From: Lepidodermella squamata
Taxonomy: Eukaryota; Animalia; Gastrotricha
DNA length: 64,000 nucleotides
Direction of reading: 5' to 3'
Assembly: GCA_047495785.1 (NCBI GenBank)
Contig: JBLDXI010000007.1
Span: 3,162,001-3,226,000 of the forward strand
The translations under genes were made by a program, and so were the position numbers. The notes beneath the pieces are model-generated. The model saw only the letters and a list, made by a program, of their open reading frames with translations. It had not been told where the DNA came from and did not search any database. Positions 36,330 to 49,750 of the stretch are shown piece after piece. Position 1 is the first letter of the stretch. Each line of letters opens with the position of its first letter.

Positions 36330-37005
36330 TACCATTATTCTAGGCCGCACATTTTTAAAAAATAAAAAAGCAATCACTGAACATAAAAATGGCAATATGA
36401 AATTTGAAGACGATGACAAAAATACTGTGGTGTATAAACATGCCCAAAGTATCGATCGGCTTTTCCAAAGGTAAAATTGTGTTGTGGTCGGTGAAACTCC
36501 AACAGATTTCTAACACTTGCCGACATACTTAACTGAAAATGGTTCATCCCTTCCTGTAATCGCCTATGACAGCAAGCAGTGGTTTAATGACCTCGAAGAT
36601 GGATTCTGTAATAAAGAGGACATTGATCGCATTTGTGTTCTGCAGTTGCGCGAGAAGGAATTTGATTGGGCTCAGTTTCTGAAAGAAACGATGCCAGACA
36701 GCTCGGTCGAGGAGAGAGTGAAGATAATGAATCTTATTGATGATTACCCATGCTTTTCTAAGCGCGGCGAAGTGGCGCGGCGAAGTAAACATTTGGGCCG
36801 ATACTATCGAAGAGACGTTGGTAAGGCTAAGAGAAGTCCTGTCTAGGATTCTCAAGTCAGGAATGCTTTTGAAACCTCAGAAATGTCGATTTCTTGTAAA
36901 AGAGGTCAAATTTCTTGGAACAGTCTAATTTCTGAATCAGGTTTAAGTAGCCGCTGATCCGAATAAATTGAGTTCAATCCGAAATTGTGAACCTCCTCAA
37001 ACGAT
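36330..37005 (+). mobile_element. Ty3/Gypsy pol fragment (protease end and RT)
   Basis: 'ILGRTFL' protease motif; 'VRLREVLSRILKSGMLLKPQKCRFLVKEVKFLG' RT motif. Confidence 0.8.
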
Positions 37006-37199
37006 CAACCTTTTTGGCTCTGGCAAATCGTTCGTGTTGCGACGTAAGGAACCGCCAGTGCTAGCACATATTTCTATATATCGTTATACCGCTTTATTGC
37101 GGTTGTATATAACTGGGGAGCGGTTGCATCCCGACGAACGAACGAAAAAAATCTTTTTTATTGTCCTTATCCGACATGTACAGTTAATAAATTTAAAAG

Positions 37200-38260
37200 C
37201 AAAATAAAACCAACAACAAACAGACACGACAAATAAGGCGCCGGCACAACGGGGACACGCGCTTGTCTTAGACAGTGCACGGACTACACTATTGGGGAGG
37301 CATATGAGCGAAATTATCGGCTGCGTAAGGTTTAACGGTCAGGGAGAAGGTGAAGGATAAGAGGAATGCTAGTGGCAGATGAGGTGAGAAGACAGAAAGA
37401 AACTTGAAGCACGGCGGAACAGGAGACCGCAGACAGGAATTATAAGCGGATATAACATAAACAGATAGAAAAAAAACGGAAAGAAAAGATGGTAACATAA
37501 GGACTGTAGCGGAGAGAAGGAGGAGAGGGAGATTAAGTCACGAAGACAGGGAGCGGGCTCGACGACAGGCGGTCATGGAGGACAACGACTGGCGACTTCA
37601 TCGTCGTCGGCGGACGTAAGCGGACGCTTTCGATTTGCTCGCGAAGTGGCAGGACATATCTGCAAGCATTCTCTGCGTAGCGGGCTTGAACCTGGCAGAA
37701 AAACTCTGAAAGGCTAGGCAGGCGACACCGCCGCTCGAGTTCGGTGATACGAACACGGTCAGCGAGGCGTACGTTAAGCATGGCGCACAGGCACTTATTC
37801 TGGAGGACGTCGAGGCGGCGCAACTGATGCTTGGCAGCGGACGAAAAGGCGACGCAGCCGAAGGAAGCGTTGTGTGGTACCAAGAAAGATTTTGCCCGCA
37901 GCGGCTCAGAGTACGGTCCATGTGGGGCTTCCACGAGAGCTTGGCGTCAAAGTGAATGCCTAAGACGCGCAACAATTCGACCTGAGGGATAGCAGAGCCA
38001 TTGAGCGACAAATGCAAGACTGGTGGCTGGCGCCCGAAAGCGAGCGCTTCACTTTTAGAGGCGTTGAACTGTTGGCGCCAAAGCCGGGCCCACGAAGACA
38101 CTCGGTCGACTTCCGCCTGTACCCGGGACTCAGCCTCCAGAAACGACACACCGGTACCGAGGACGGTCAAATCGTCAGCGTAGGCGTCAAGGACGCTACC
38201 ACGAGCGCTAGAGGCACCTAGGAGATCCGCGGTGAATAAGATGTAGAGCAGAGGCGACAT
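37200..38260 (-). mobile_element. 5'-truncated LINE (Jockey/I-like) RT fragment with 3' UTR
   Basis: 'SPLLYILFTADL..AYADD..FNASKS..LGIHFDAKLSWKPH', 'LDVLQNKCLCAML'. Confidence 0.88.
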
Positions 38261-38881
38261 CTACGGTTCAAGGGCTATAAAATTGCCATCAGCTGCGATT
38301 GCTATCATGCGTTCTTGGACTCTTGAAGAGAAAAGAGAAATTCAGCTTCTTCGCCTATCTACACGTTTTCTCGCGCTCTTCAGGAATTCGATTGAAGATT
38401 TTTCAGGTATCAAAAACAAGCTGCCGTGACCTATGAATCAGTTTTATTATCCGTGACCCGGTTCCGTCTTTATTTTCAGCGCAGCGAAATAATTGAAAAT
38501 GAACAAAGGAAATGAAACCTAGAGAATAATTCATCACAGATAGTTCATCAAGATAATGATTGTTTCAACAGAAATGGCGATAACAGGTTGAATGTATCGA
38601 AAGAGCCAGCACTCAGCAATAGTATAGTAGCTCCCATTAGCCAGAATTTTCCATTTCCGATTCCCAAACAATATCCAATATCCAATCAGCTATAACTAAA
38701 GTGGCGAATTCGTGTAAAAGTACAGCAGCTAATTGGATGTACTATTACTAAAATAGCTTCGAATCGATGAGGGTGATACTCCATTGGTTATCTAACCAAC
38801 TAACCAACTAACGATAACTAAATTAACAAGCCACAGAAATGGGAGCGTTAGCGGCGTTGAATAACTTGGATTTGGGCTTTG

Positions 38882-39759
38882 CACAGTAAAAAATATCTCG
38901 GTTTTCACCCAGTTGGAAAAACGGAATTTACCGTGCAGCGTTTACGGAACCCGGTAAATACCAGATGACAACCGAGTTTTTGCTACTTTTCGCAGTAACC
39001 GACCTAGTGCAACCCAGTAAGAACCATGCATCTACAAAATATCGGTTATGAACCTGGTTTGTACCGACTTTGTACCGACTTTGCCGCATTTTTACAGAAA
39101 ATATTTCTAAGTCCCCATTCCTATTGGATCGCATGATGAATTGCACTCCCCCTCGAAAATTAGGTAGGGTATGCAGTGGGCAACTTCATACAGCTGGCAT
39201 ACAGTTCGCAAGCGCTAATTTGAAAAAATTGGAAAAATTCATGAAAAACTTAAGAGTCGTTATTAAGGTCATGTGTAGAAGTAGGAGCCGTGGTCTAGTG
39301 GTAACGCGCGCGCTGTATGATGCCAAGGTCCCAAGTTCGAGCCTCGCTGGTGACGTAAGTTAACTTATCATTTAATTTGTTTAATATTCTTTCAAATATT
39401 GTTTCTAATCGATATTAGGCGTAATCTGGGTTACAGATGCCAATATCGATTAGAAAAATCGATTTTTCATTTATTATCGATGATTTTTAATAATCGAGGT
39501 GTCGATACTCGGTAAATACCGAGCTCACAGCTATATCGGTAAATACATATCCGAACGCTGAACGGGTTATTACCGTGTTTTTCGAAGCTCGGTTAGTTCC
39601 AACCCTGTTTTAACCGTGTTCGATGGAACCCGGTAAAACTCCAAAACCCGGTAATGACTGTATGTGCACAAGGTTTTTTCCCTTTTTGATTAACATGTAA
39701 ACTGGTTATTACTGGGTAGCTTATTTGGCACGGTAAGCACCGAGTTTTTTTTTACTGTG
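38882..39759. mobile_element. Non-autonomous CACTA/EnSpm element with central tRNA-like cassette
   Basis: Termini CACAGTAAAAAA / TTTTTTACTGTG, 2-bp TSD TG, subterminal CCGGTAA/TACCG motifs. Confidence 0.88.
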
Positions 39760-40877
39760 TGGGCTTTTTCACGTCAGTTGCAAGATGACTAGTGACAAGT
39801 AAAAGGTAATAGCAAAGTTTTCATGTGAATGAAGAGGGAAGCAGACTTGTCACCCGTTTTGTAAAATATACTTCTGTGCATGATTGCTTTCTTTGATAAC
39901 TATTAGTCCGTAGCATTTTGCTCTTTGGCGGTGGGCTCAACACCTTCGGACTAAATGCGACATAGTATTTCATTAAGAAGTCCGCGCAAAAATCGCGAAG
40001 CCCAACTTGAATGGTGGGTCAGGTTTGTCGTATACGAATTGTGCCTGGCGAGTTGCATGTCAAGCATTTCTCGAATACGGCGGAATCGTTGCTTATTGCT
40101 AATCATTATTCATCGCTGAATCGCTAACCAGATCACATTACCAAGACCCTTGAATCTTTGAGTGAGGTTTGTCGATACGGCAAGCGAGTTTCATGGTAAG
40201 CATTGCTCGAATATGGCGGGCTCATTGCTAATCATCGTTAATCGGATCATATTGCTATAGGAAAATTTAAAATCTGCAGGGATGCAGCGATACAAGCCAT
40301 GCTTCGCATTCTCGAATGATAGGAATTTTATTATTTTCGTTAATTTTGTGCGATTCTACTCATGAGCTTCTAAACCCCTAACACTTAATACGTGATATCC
40401 GTGAGAGAGGCTCCCCAAGTTGGGTCGTCCACCGCCCGTTTTTAAAGGGTCCCACTCATGACAAATGGTCGCTCGTTTCGCAAGCTAAAAATGGCGTAAC
40501 GTTAATTGGTGCAGTTTTCACGTGCTTCGACGCCGCGTGGTTGTCACTCATTAATAAATTTCGACAATAAGTTCCTTTTTCTCTGCAACATCTCTCGAAA
40601 CATTTAAGATTGCTTCGTTAACTGCTATTTGAAAGAAAAGCCATGCTGATGATACCGAACCCAGTATCTCATCAGCGAAATCACCCAGGAAACTGGTCAA
40701 AGCTGTGCCCATAGTCTCGTATCAACATGAGACATTCTTGATAAAACATGAAATGCGATTTATTTTGTGATGGGAAAAAAATAAGTTATGATTTTTCCGA
40801 ATTTCCGAATTTTTGCGGGCCTGCTTTCGATCTTGTATTTTACTGAAGGGGAACAACCATCTGCCCATCAGTAGCCA

Positions 40878-40902
40878 GTAGTAGTAGTAGTAGTAGTAGT
40901 AG
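40878..40902. repeat. (TAG)n microsatellite
   Basis: About eight tandem TAG units. Confidence 0.9.
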
Positions 40903-41029
40903 TGATCAGATATCACTTTACCGGATGATCATTTGCGGAGGCTGGGTAATAAAGATGCAATCGGTAATATTACTACATATACTTATATTACGATTCTGTG
41001 TGCTGTGGGTTCCCTACGTCGCAACACGA

Positions 41030-41980
41030 ACGAAATTTCCTAAGGACCACGTGCCTGACTACACTGAATTAGTCTCACCGTTAACCAGAGCTTTGGATTT
41101 GATTTGATTTGATTTACAGGCTAAATCACAGACCTCTTTCAATCAATCAAAATCAATCATTGTCCCAATTTTTCAGGACTAAATCAATCAAATCAAATCA
41201 TCGACACCCATAAATCACAATAAATCGCGAATTATCGGGATTTTCAGGAAGCTGGGGGCTTCGAAAAGACATGAAATGGATTAAATAACGCGAATCAGAG
41301 CTGGAAAACGTGCAAAATTTCCAGCTAACCATTATAAAAATTTCCTAAAAATAGCACTCGCTCGCTCGCGCATTCAACTATCCTATTTTTTGCTTGGATT
41401 TCCTGTGCTCTTTTCCGTGGTCATTGTCGGTGTTCTTACCTCAGTTTATGCGTGTAATGCTACTGCTCACAAAGCCGCGGGTGTAAGTCCTCATGATATG
41501 GTCTTCGGGCGAAAGCTCAAGGATCCACTTAATCTCATGTGCGGTGACAACAAAATTACCCAAACCACCTCTCCATCGGAGTATACTGAAGAAAAAATTA
41601 GAATAATGTCAAACATCTGGAAAGAGGCTCAAACAAGGGCCAAGGCTGACTTCGAATCGCGAAAGAAACGCGCTGATGCCAATTTGAAACTGATTTTCTT
41701 TAAGGTGGGTGATTTGGTACGAAAAAAGGTCATTGACCGAGACGGTAAATTTAGTGACCGCTTCGCGGGTCCATTCGAAATTATTGAAATCTTTCCGGAT
41801 AATGCCAATATTGTCAGGCTGAAGTTCGGCGAATCTAATTCAGACAATGTAAATGTCTCAAAAATCGACTTGATCTACCACCCCACCGAAGTAGTGACAG
41901 AAGAAGGAGAAGAAGCTATCGACGATTCCATTCCGAATAAAATGGCTACTGATGGGAAGATGGATGTTCCCCTTCAGTAA
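41030..41980 (+). mobile_element. Ty3/Gypsy pol fragments (RT connection, integrase C-terminus), interrupted by a hAT-like fragment from 41086
   Basis: 'VPDYTELVSPLT'; 'NATAHKAAGVSPHDMVFGR..FKVGDLV..FAGPFEI' (GPY/F module); CAGAGCTTTGGATTTGATTT at 41086. Confidence 0.8.
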
Positions 41981-42159
41981 AATACAAGATCGAAAGCTAG
42001 AAATACTGATGTAAATAATCTTGTCATCGAAAATAAGGATGTTGGGGCCCGAGTCCGAATTCTGCCGTACGCGTTCGGGCAGGCCCGTGCGCAGACGGGT
42101 AAGAATTATTTGCCGCTCCGCGCTCAGGCCGATTAAAAACATGCCCGTATGCGACGGTT

Positions 42160-42512
42160 ACTGTAAATTTAACAAATTCGAAAGAACCACGCTTCACCGC
42201 ACACGGGCCGGCCAAGGTGTTGGCCCGAGCACGGCGGAGAACAATAGGAATCAGCGCTGTTGTTAGGCGCTCGCGCGCGCCGTACTCGGGCCGCCGGGTT
42301 CGGGTCGGGACTTGATACAGTGGTCGGGTAGGGCGTTGGTTGTAGGATGACCCAATACCGGCGACCCAAGCCCGACGGCCCGATTCTCGAGTACGGCGCG
42401 GGCGCCTAACAATAGCGCTGATTCCTATTGTTCTCCGCCGTGCTCAGGCCAACACCTTGGCCGGCCCGTGTGCGGTGAAGCGTGGTTCTTTCGAATTTGT
42501 TAAATTTACAGT
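42160..42512. repeat. GC-rich foldback, ~125-bp arms
   Basis: 42160-42288 is a near-perfect reverse complement of 42389-42512. Confidence 0.88.
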
Positions 42513-44805
42513 TGATTTTAACGAATTGATGCGATTTGAGACGCAAAAGCATATACACCTTTTTTCCTTTGCAATTTCAATGTTTTATTAACGAAACACG
42601 CGTTTATTTTTTCATGATTCTTCATTTTATTCATTTTCTTACTTTTTTCTATCTAAGGATTTACTCGATCTTCGAAGGTTCGTCGTATGCGAATACGAAA
42701 CCTGAATTGGATGAATTATATATCAAATTGAAGCTAGATATATAATCTTTTCAAATATGCGAACAGATCGACAAAATTACTATGTGTTTCGCAGAAACTA
42801 AGGAGTAAGTAGAATGAACTGCAAAGATGTTTTCCTTAGGTAGTTTTTATATTTTATAGGTGTAAGGCCCCTCCCTCCTCCCCAAAAATGATTAGAACAA
42901 TCAGGCAAAGGTGATATCTCGAGTAGAAGCGGTATAACCTCAAAAACTTAGGCTTCAGTAGCATCGACATTATATTAAAGATTGTTTAAGATTCTCATCA
43001 GTCATTCCAGTTATTCTCGGCGCTTCAGTCACCAATCGACGGCCATTCCAGCATAGTCTGCCAATCCAGCATAGTCTGCCTGAAAAACAACGGGAATATA
43101 CATAAACGCTCAATTTATGGAGAAATTATCGCTAAATTAAATGTGGAAAAATTAGCACAGTTAAGTAGCATGGAACGAATTCGTAAAAAAATTTCAATTC
43201 GACCTCTCCATCAGTTTCAGTAAATTCAAGACGTCGCGCGAAATTGAGGGTCATAGCGGGTTTATTTTCATCAGTGTTCCAAGTCATTGTCAGTCAGATC
43301 GAGACGTGACACTGGTGTAGCTTAACGATCAAGTCACCAAACCACAGCCATTGCTGCCAATCCATTTCCCATTTCCTGAGAAAACAAGGAGATAGGGAAA
43401 AAATATTTTACCATATTTTATCCGATATTTTCTAAAATAGTAACCACAATTTATTTGAAAATAAAAGCACGACAAATTAGCGAATATGAGCGAATATTAG
43501 CCAATATTATATTAATTTTAATAACAGGCGACTTCGAGTCGCCACGTCCATGGTTTCATGTAATATGTCTACGAAAATTCTACAAAAATGTCTAATAATG
43601 CCCGAGAATCACTTGAGAAAAAATGCATGATCGAAGGTTGAAGTTTCGCTGAAAAGTCGGTCAATGAGTGGGAAACAAATTATCGAATTTTTCAAAATTA
43701 TTGCTACGTCCGGATTTGTTTTAAAATCAAACCTGAATCGTGTGCAATTATTCTGGCATGCGGTCATCACGGATGCCAAATGCGGATAGATTCGTTTGAA
43801 GACTCGGTAATAGCCTCTAAAATTGAACAATTTCTTGTATTCTTTAACTATAATTCTTTACTATAAGCCGGCCGTTAACCATGAATAAAGGTCATGACGA
43901 CATATTGAAAGATTATTTACTAAACAAATAAATATGCGGACAATAAAATCAAAGTGATGGGTGATGGGCAGAAAATCGCCGCCGAGGGTATCCATGATTT
44001 CTGACGGCTTGATTGCAACTCTTCCGATTGTGACCTTGAAATCGGGCGCTGTCGAAATCGGGAATTGCTTTATAAAATTCTCCAGAGGGGGTTTTATTCG
44101 CTACAAAAAAACTGCCACAGCTACAATTTTTTCATTTGACAATCGATACAGAAATATGTACTGTATTTCTCCTGTACATATTTTCTATGGATTCGAATAA
44201 AACATAAGTACAGAAAATACAGCACTATTTCCCTACATTTGTAATGGAGCGACTTCACCATCAGTTTGAGTATTCGAACTAGGAAAAATTCAAAACACAT
44301 GTCGCGCTTTCATCTTTATTAACAAACTACAAATTACGAGCACGAAAGGTAGAACGCATAAAAAGCTAGGGGAAATCATCAAATACGGTACAATCCAAGA
44401 TTCATTTATGCGTAATTACTATAATAGTGAGAATTATAATCTAACTCACGTGTGCAAAGGCATTCACAATATTTAGGTACTTGCCACTGATAGTTAGATC
44501 CGATGATTTTTATGTCATCTTCATTCAGAATAAGACTCAGAATTTGAGGAAGTTCTAATTTATGGGAAATGAATTGCTTGAACTCAACTGGATAATGTAT
44601 AATGTTTTATGTTACAAATTCACTTGCAGAGTTAGTAGGTCACGATAAAATAAAAAACAACAAGATTAGACTTGTGACTCTAGCTTCTCATTCACTCAAA
44701 CGTTATGACTTTCCATTTGCAGCCTCATTTTTTAGCTCCGCACTAATATTTGGTTATACGCCATTGGATCCGGCATTACGAGACTGCCAGGTTCGACGTT
44801 GGCAT

Positions 44806-45871
44806 TCAGAAAACAACAATGATCGCATATAGATTGATAGACAAGAAGCTGGCCACGCTAATTAAGAACGTGGCCGTGTCAACCGCCCGTGCGTAGGTAA
44901 AAGATGCCGAACGGACAGATATCAACCACTTCGTGTCGCTCAAATGTGGATGGCGATTGGTCGCCGCAAACATAGCAGCCTCATACAGAACCAAGGCTGC
45001 TGTAAGACCGCAGAGGAACAAGATATACTCGGCCATGAGAACAGACTCCGAGGTTTCAGGTATCTGATCTAAAACATCAGATTGTGTGACAATTAAACTG
45101 AGAAGAATGGTCGCGGTGAAAGCTGGTCTATCCGCAACATCTGGCTGGAATAAAAGGGAACCGAACACTAGAACCATCAAAATGAAACACGGAGCTAAAT
45201 TATTGATGATGTAAGGGTGCGGTCGTCGGGAAAAAGAGACTGTGAAGATTGAGAATCCTGACGTTGAATTGTGCCTTAGATCAGATGAGGTTATACCGTA
45301 GGCTGAAGAGGCTTTGTCCAATATCCACATCTCATTCTCGAAAGAGTCGCCGAATTCAAGGCGAGATCCCCCGAAACTCACAAATTTATCAGCTTCGTCT
45401 AGCTCGAACGTGAAATCGCATGTCTGCGAGTCGAACGGGAATTTTCGCAATTTCAACGAGCATTGCGATGTGATGACTCCGAATCGCATCCAGTGGAAAA
45501 ACAGCGTTCGATTTGGAACTGTTGGATAGTAAGCTATGTGAATTCGTTCTTTCCATGTCAAATCATTCTCGAGATAGAGATCCGTAGTTGTGTTTGCGAA
45601 TCTGAGACTTGGAAGCCATACTTCAGATCGTTCAGCTACGTAAACCCGATCGGCTTCATTAACATTTGGAGCTGTTATTTCTTGTGGGCAGCAGTCAACC
45701 ACCCACTGAACATTGATTAAAGTTCCAGCCGAAATCTCACGAGCCTTAGCGTTGATGTCGAATAATTTCTTGAATTGAAGGGTCATGAAGATCTTCGTTC
45801 CAACTGATGGAGCCCTTTGAAAAAATACTCCTATTAGTAGTTCTCCGACTTGGAATGCACATTTGTAAACC
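44806..45871 (-). CDS. Cys-loop ligand-gated ion channel exon, copy 2
   Basis: Same motifs as copy 1; frame open upstream of ATG 45786 as VYKCAFQVGELLIGVFFQRAP to acceptor at 45872/45871. Confidence 0.93.
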
Positions 45872-46105
45872 CTAAACCCTCATAAGAAACGGGCGCACAA
45901 GCTCAATCGGCGCCCATTTCTAACCGGGGTTAACAAATGTTCACTCCAAATAAGCAGTTTGAGACCATATAAAATGGATTTTAAAATGCAGAGTTTCAGT
46001 GGATAGCACCCAAGGAAATAGGCAAATAGGCATTTATAATGAGGTGATCGTGGGATTGAGGATGTCAGTTTGCATTTTATCGATTTGTGGGTACTGAGTA
46101 CACAC

Positions 46106-49100
46106 TCATATCACCTCTCTACTTATGGTTGAAAGCTCGCCATATTCATACTTATTCATTGTAGCTAGGTATTTGCAAGAATTGAGGTCTTGGATGTCAA
46201 CAAGAGGGATCATGTTCCCGTCGATCAAATTTGGTATGTTGAATTCGGATGCATTCATCTTGAAGTCGTAAATCCGCATTGCCTGCGTAGTTGGCCGCAG
46301 CGTAGTTGAAGGTGATGGCTGCAAGGACCACACATGCATATTCTTCACCGCAGCATCGGCGTTCATACCATCTACTCCATATATTTGGATCGTTGCGTTA
46401 CCGCCGGATATTTGATCGGCACTCAACCCACTGATATTCACGTTGGAAAAGAGAACTTCAGCACTTGTGGCTACTCCGTCTGCTAATAGGGCTGTCGAAA
46501 CCTGTTTAATAAGACATTTAGCCAATAAACACTGCTTAATCCGGACGTATCATACCGAAGCTGAATCTCCAACGCTCTGGAAGATAAGCCTGAAATCGGC
46601 GATTCCAGAACTGGTGTTTGAAGATTGCCTTTTCGCTCGATACACGAAGGTATCAACCATTGGACTGGATTCATATCGATAAGACAAAGGCACGGCTTGA
46701 CTGTAAGGGTTGACCTTTGACTCATAGGAAAGGAAGGCTTTACCACCAGGTCCCATTTGCAATGACAGATGAAGACCATCATAATTAGTGAACGTTTGTT
46801 TCTTCCCAATCGAGTCGTATCCTTTTCCGAGTTAAAAATGAGAGCTATTATTTGTGAATACACATAACCTACCGACTACAGCTGGTGATTTTGCGATTCC
46901 AAAAACCAGGTATCCATATGAAGATGAGTTGTACCTTGATGTGATATCAATTTCGATGCGGAAACCCGTTGCCGCAATATTTCGATTCAGCGGTGTTTTG
47001 ACGTCCATGTAGCCAAAGCCAATTGTTTGATAGCTGTTTAGTTGAACTCCAGCCGGTGTAAGGGCTGCTCCGGGTTGCAAGGCGAATGCAGCGGTAGCGT
47101 TTAGCGAAGCATTGATCACGTTAAATGAGTTCTCACCGAGAAACATTGGATTACCTGCCGCCAAGTAAGGCAAACTCATCGACGCAACATCAGGATCAGG
47201 CACTAAGGATCCAGTGACTGTTCTTGTAATAGAAGATGTTCTCGTGGTCGACGATGTTGGCGGGCTAGTCGTTGATGTCGAGGTTTCAATCTTCGATGTT
47301 GTTGATGGTGTACTTGGGGTTGAAGCCGTTGTGGAGGTTGTACTTGGAGAACGAGTAGTAGTGGTCGTAGTCATTGTTGAGGTTGAGGCCGTAGTTGTAA
47401 TTGTTGACGTTGATGGCGTGCTTGTGGTGGTGCTACTTGTTGTTGACGATGTGGCGGGAGTTGTGGTTATGGCTGTTGCATCCGTTGCTGGGCTTGTATT
47501 CAATTTCCAAAATTTGAACGCTTTCAATGTGTAGTAGCCTAACAGGTTGAGAGGATAAAAATGGTTACTGTTAAGCATAGACAAATCATTAAGAGCAGAG
47601 CTGTGTCAAAGGAAAAAGGCCAATACCGAGACCAATACAAATACAAGATCAAGGACAGTGGCTCCTGTTTTGAGACTTGTATTGGTCTTGGCCTTTATGT
47701 TTGGGTGGTCTTGCCATAGCCTTGAAAACCTGAGTGACAGTTTCAGACGCAAGTTTACAATTTTAGACGCTGGCATTCAGATTTGTGCAAACAATAGCAC
47801 CAGGACGGATAAACATAAGCTTTCCGCCAAATTATTTATTTTATTTTAGTAGCGATTACAGCATATGGTAATATTTTGGATAATATTAAAATATATCAAC
47901 GGCGCCTCACTGACGAGGTAAGAAATTTACTATAGTCAGACGACAAAATGGCAATCTTAAATTTGTTAAATCTACAATTAATAGTTTCAAGCTTCAAAAA
48001 ATTCCAAAAGTTGATACATCTTCTATGGAACGAAAACTTTTCACAGTCAATACGGCTGTTCAATGGCGTTTCAGACTTTATTAAGACTTTAATCATTTGA
48101 TTATTAGCCAATGTTCACAGCTACAATTATAAAGAAGAATTGTTCAGATGTTCTGAACTAGCAGCTAAAATGAACATACATTTTTGTTGCCATTCTGAAT
48201 GCATATGCATATGCAAATGATTCGAGTGGTTTAGATCAACCTCACTTTTCGGGGTGGTTTTTTGTTTTTTTTTCCATCCAAACAGCATTTGCAAGCCCAA
48301 CTTGTTTTCTCAACTAACATATCCGCGTATTCAAAGTATTGTGTGTAAAGTATTGTTCACCTAACTTGGAGGTCTGGTATTTGATATAGGCCTTGGTCTT
48401 TCAAAATTTGGTATGCCTTGACGAAGCCTTGGTATTCATCAAAATAATTGTCCTGTCCTTGGTATTTGTCTTTCACAAAAATAAATTGAAGGACACACCT
48501 CTGATTAAGAGGCTGGACTCTCGCGCTGTTTCAATACTGCCGAAATCATTAACATTTTTATTTAAAATTATTCCTCATGTAAATTGTCAAGCAATTTTTC
48601 GAATTTTTCGAATTTGAGGCCTCACTTTGTACTGCCGTTGCAACGACATTTTCATCGGTATTTGAGGAGCCGTAATCATGAAGGGCAGAAGCTCACGCTC
48701 AATCCGAACATCTAAATCTCAAACTTTGAAGCCAGGTCATTCAAATTTCCCAAAAAATCTTTTTTAAACTTGCATCGCAATTTGCGTCAGCTGAGAATCC
48801 AGAATGTTCACTGTAGGATTGATGTAGATTTTTATTGGTAGATTGGAGGTTTTTTAGGTTTTTATTTGCTCGTTTTTTATTTGAAGCTAGATCATAGTGA
48901 AAACGCACCGGAATTACCGCACCAAGCTTGCCATCTAATCACCCCGCTGCCACCACCGACATTTGATCCAGCACCTGTCACTACTACATCACTAAAGCAG
49001 ATTGAGGTTACTTTCGTCCCGTTCGCCGGCAGCTCAGCAATGGCAACAGTTACTTTATCGCCGTAGACCTGAATGAACATTCGGTAACTGTGCGATCCGC

Positions 49101-49750
49101 TCGCCGAATTGAACAAGGTTGAGCTTCCGCAAGCGGATTGAGAGATCTGGTTCGGCGAAAATGGAATCGTTCCAACTCCAGCGTTAGTAACAGACGCGGA
49201 AACCCGGCCGTTACTACCAAGTTCTTGCCAAACAGATAGCCCCGTTAAACCGGTACCGGTAATACTTGAATCGCAATTAACTGATTCGAATTTCTATTAT
49301 TAAAACTAGCTCACAATGGAAACTATGACCTACTAGTAGTTTGGCCGTAACTTGTCGAAGAAAACGTGATTCCGTAGTAACCGAGACCTGTATAAACAGC
49401 ATCGATGTCGATCTCTGCTCTGAAATCGTTGTCACCAGTTGGAAAGTAGGCATTTGAATACAGGCGCCCTATTTTAGACGAACCACCATTCATCTGTATT
49501 CCTGCTGAAGTTTGGCCAATAGCCGTAAATTGGCTGAAAAAGCTTGGTGATACAGTGGCTCCGTTGAAAGACACTGATGCCCGATATGTTGGCGTTCCGC
49601 CGTATAAATACGGCAGTGGTAGCGAAGCAGTGTCGGGATCTTGCGCCAAAGCTTCAAAAATAAACAGTAAATCATACAATGCCTTGAGCTAGCATGCAGC
49701 TTAAGCATACCTTGAACAATCAGGAAAAAAATGGCTTTCATAGCCTCCAT
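46106..49750 (-). CDS. Signal peptide, beta-rich repeats and mucin stalk exons, copy 2
   Basis: MEAMKAIFFLIVQ|ALAQDPD; same exon phases as copy 1; longer mucin tract; intron 3 expanded by insertions. Confidence 0.82.
47596..48503. mobile_element. hAT non-autonomous element containing a CR1-like LINE 3' fragment (47896-48111, minus)
   Basis: TIR CAGAGCTGTGTC / GACACACCTCTG; 8-bp TSD ATTAAGAG; empty site in copy 1 near 27590; 'FSFHRRCINFWNFL..FK..DYSKFL'. Confidence 0.9.

Noticed and set aside
39281-39360. Functional tRNA gene (also 34191 and 8280)
   Set aside because: Acceptor and anticodon stems do not pair; only promoter boxes or T-arm retained.
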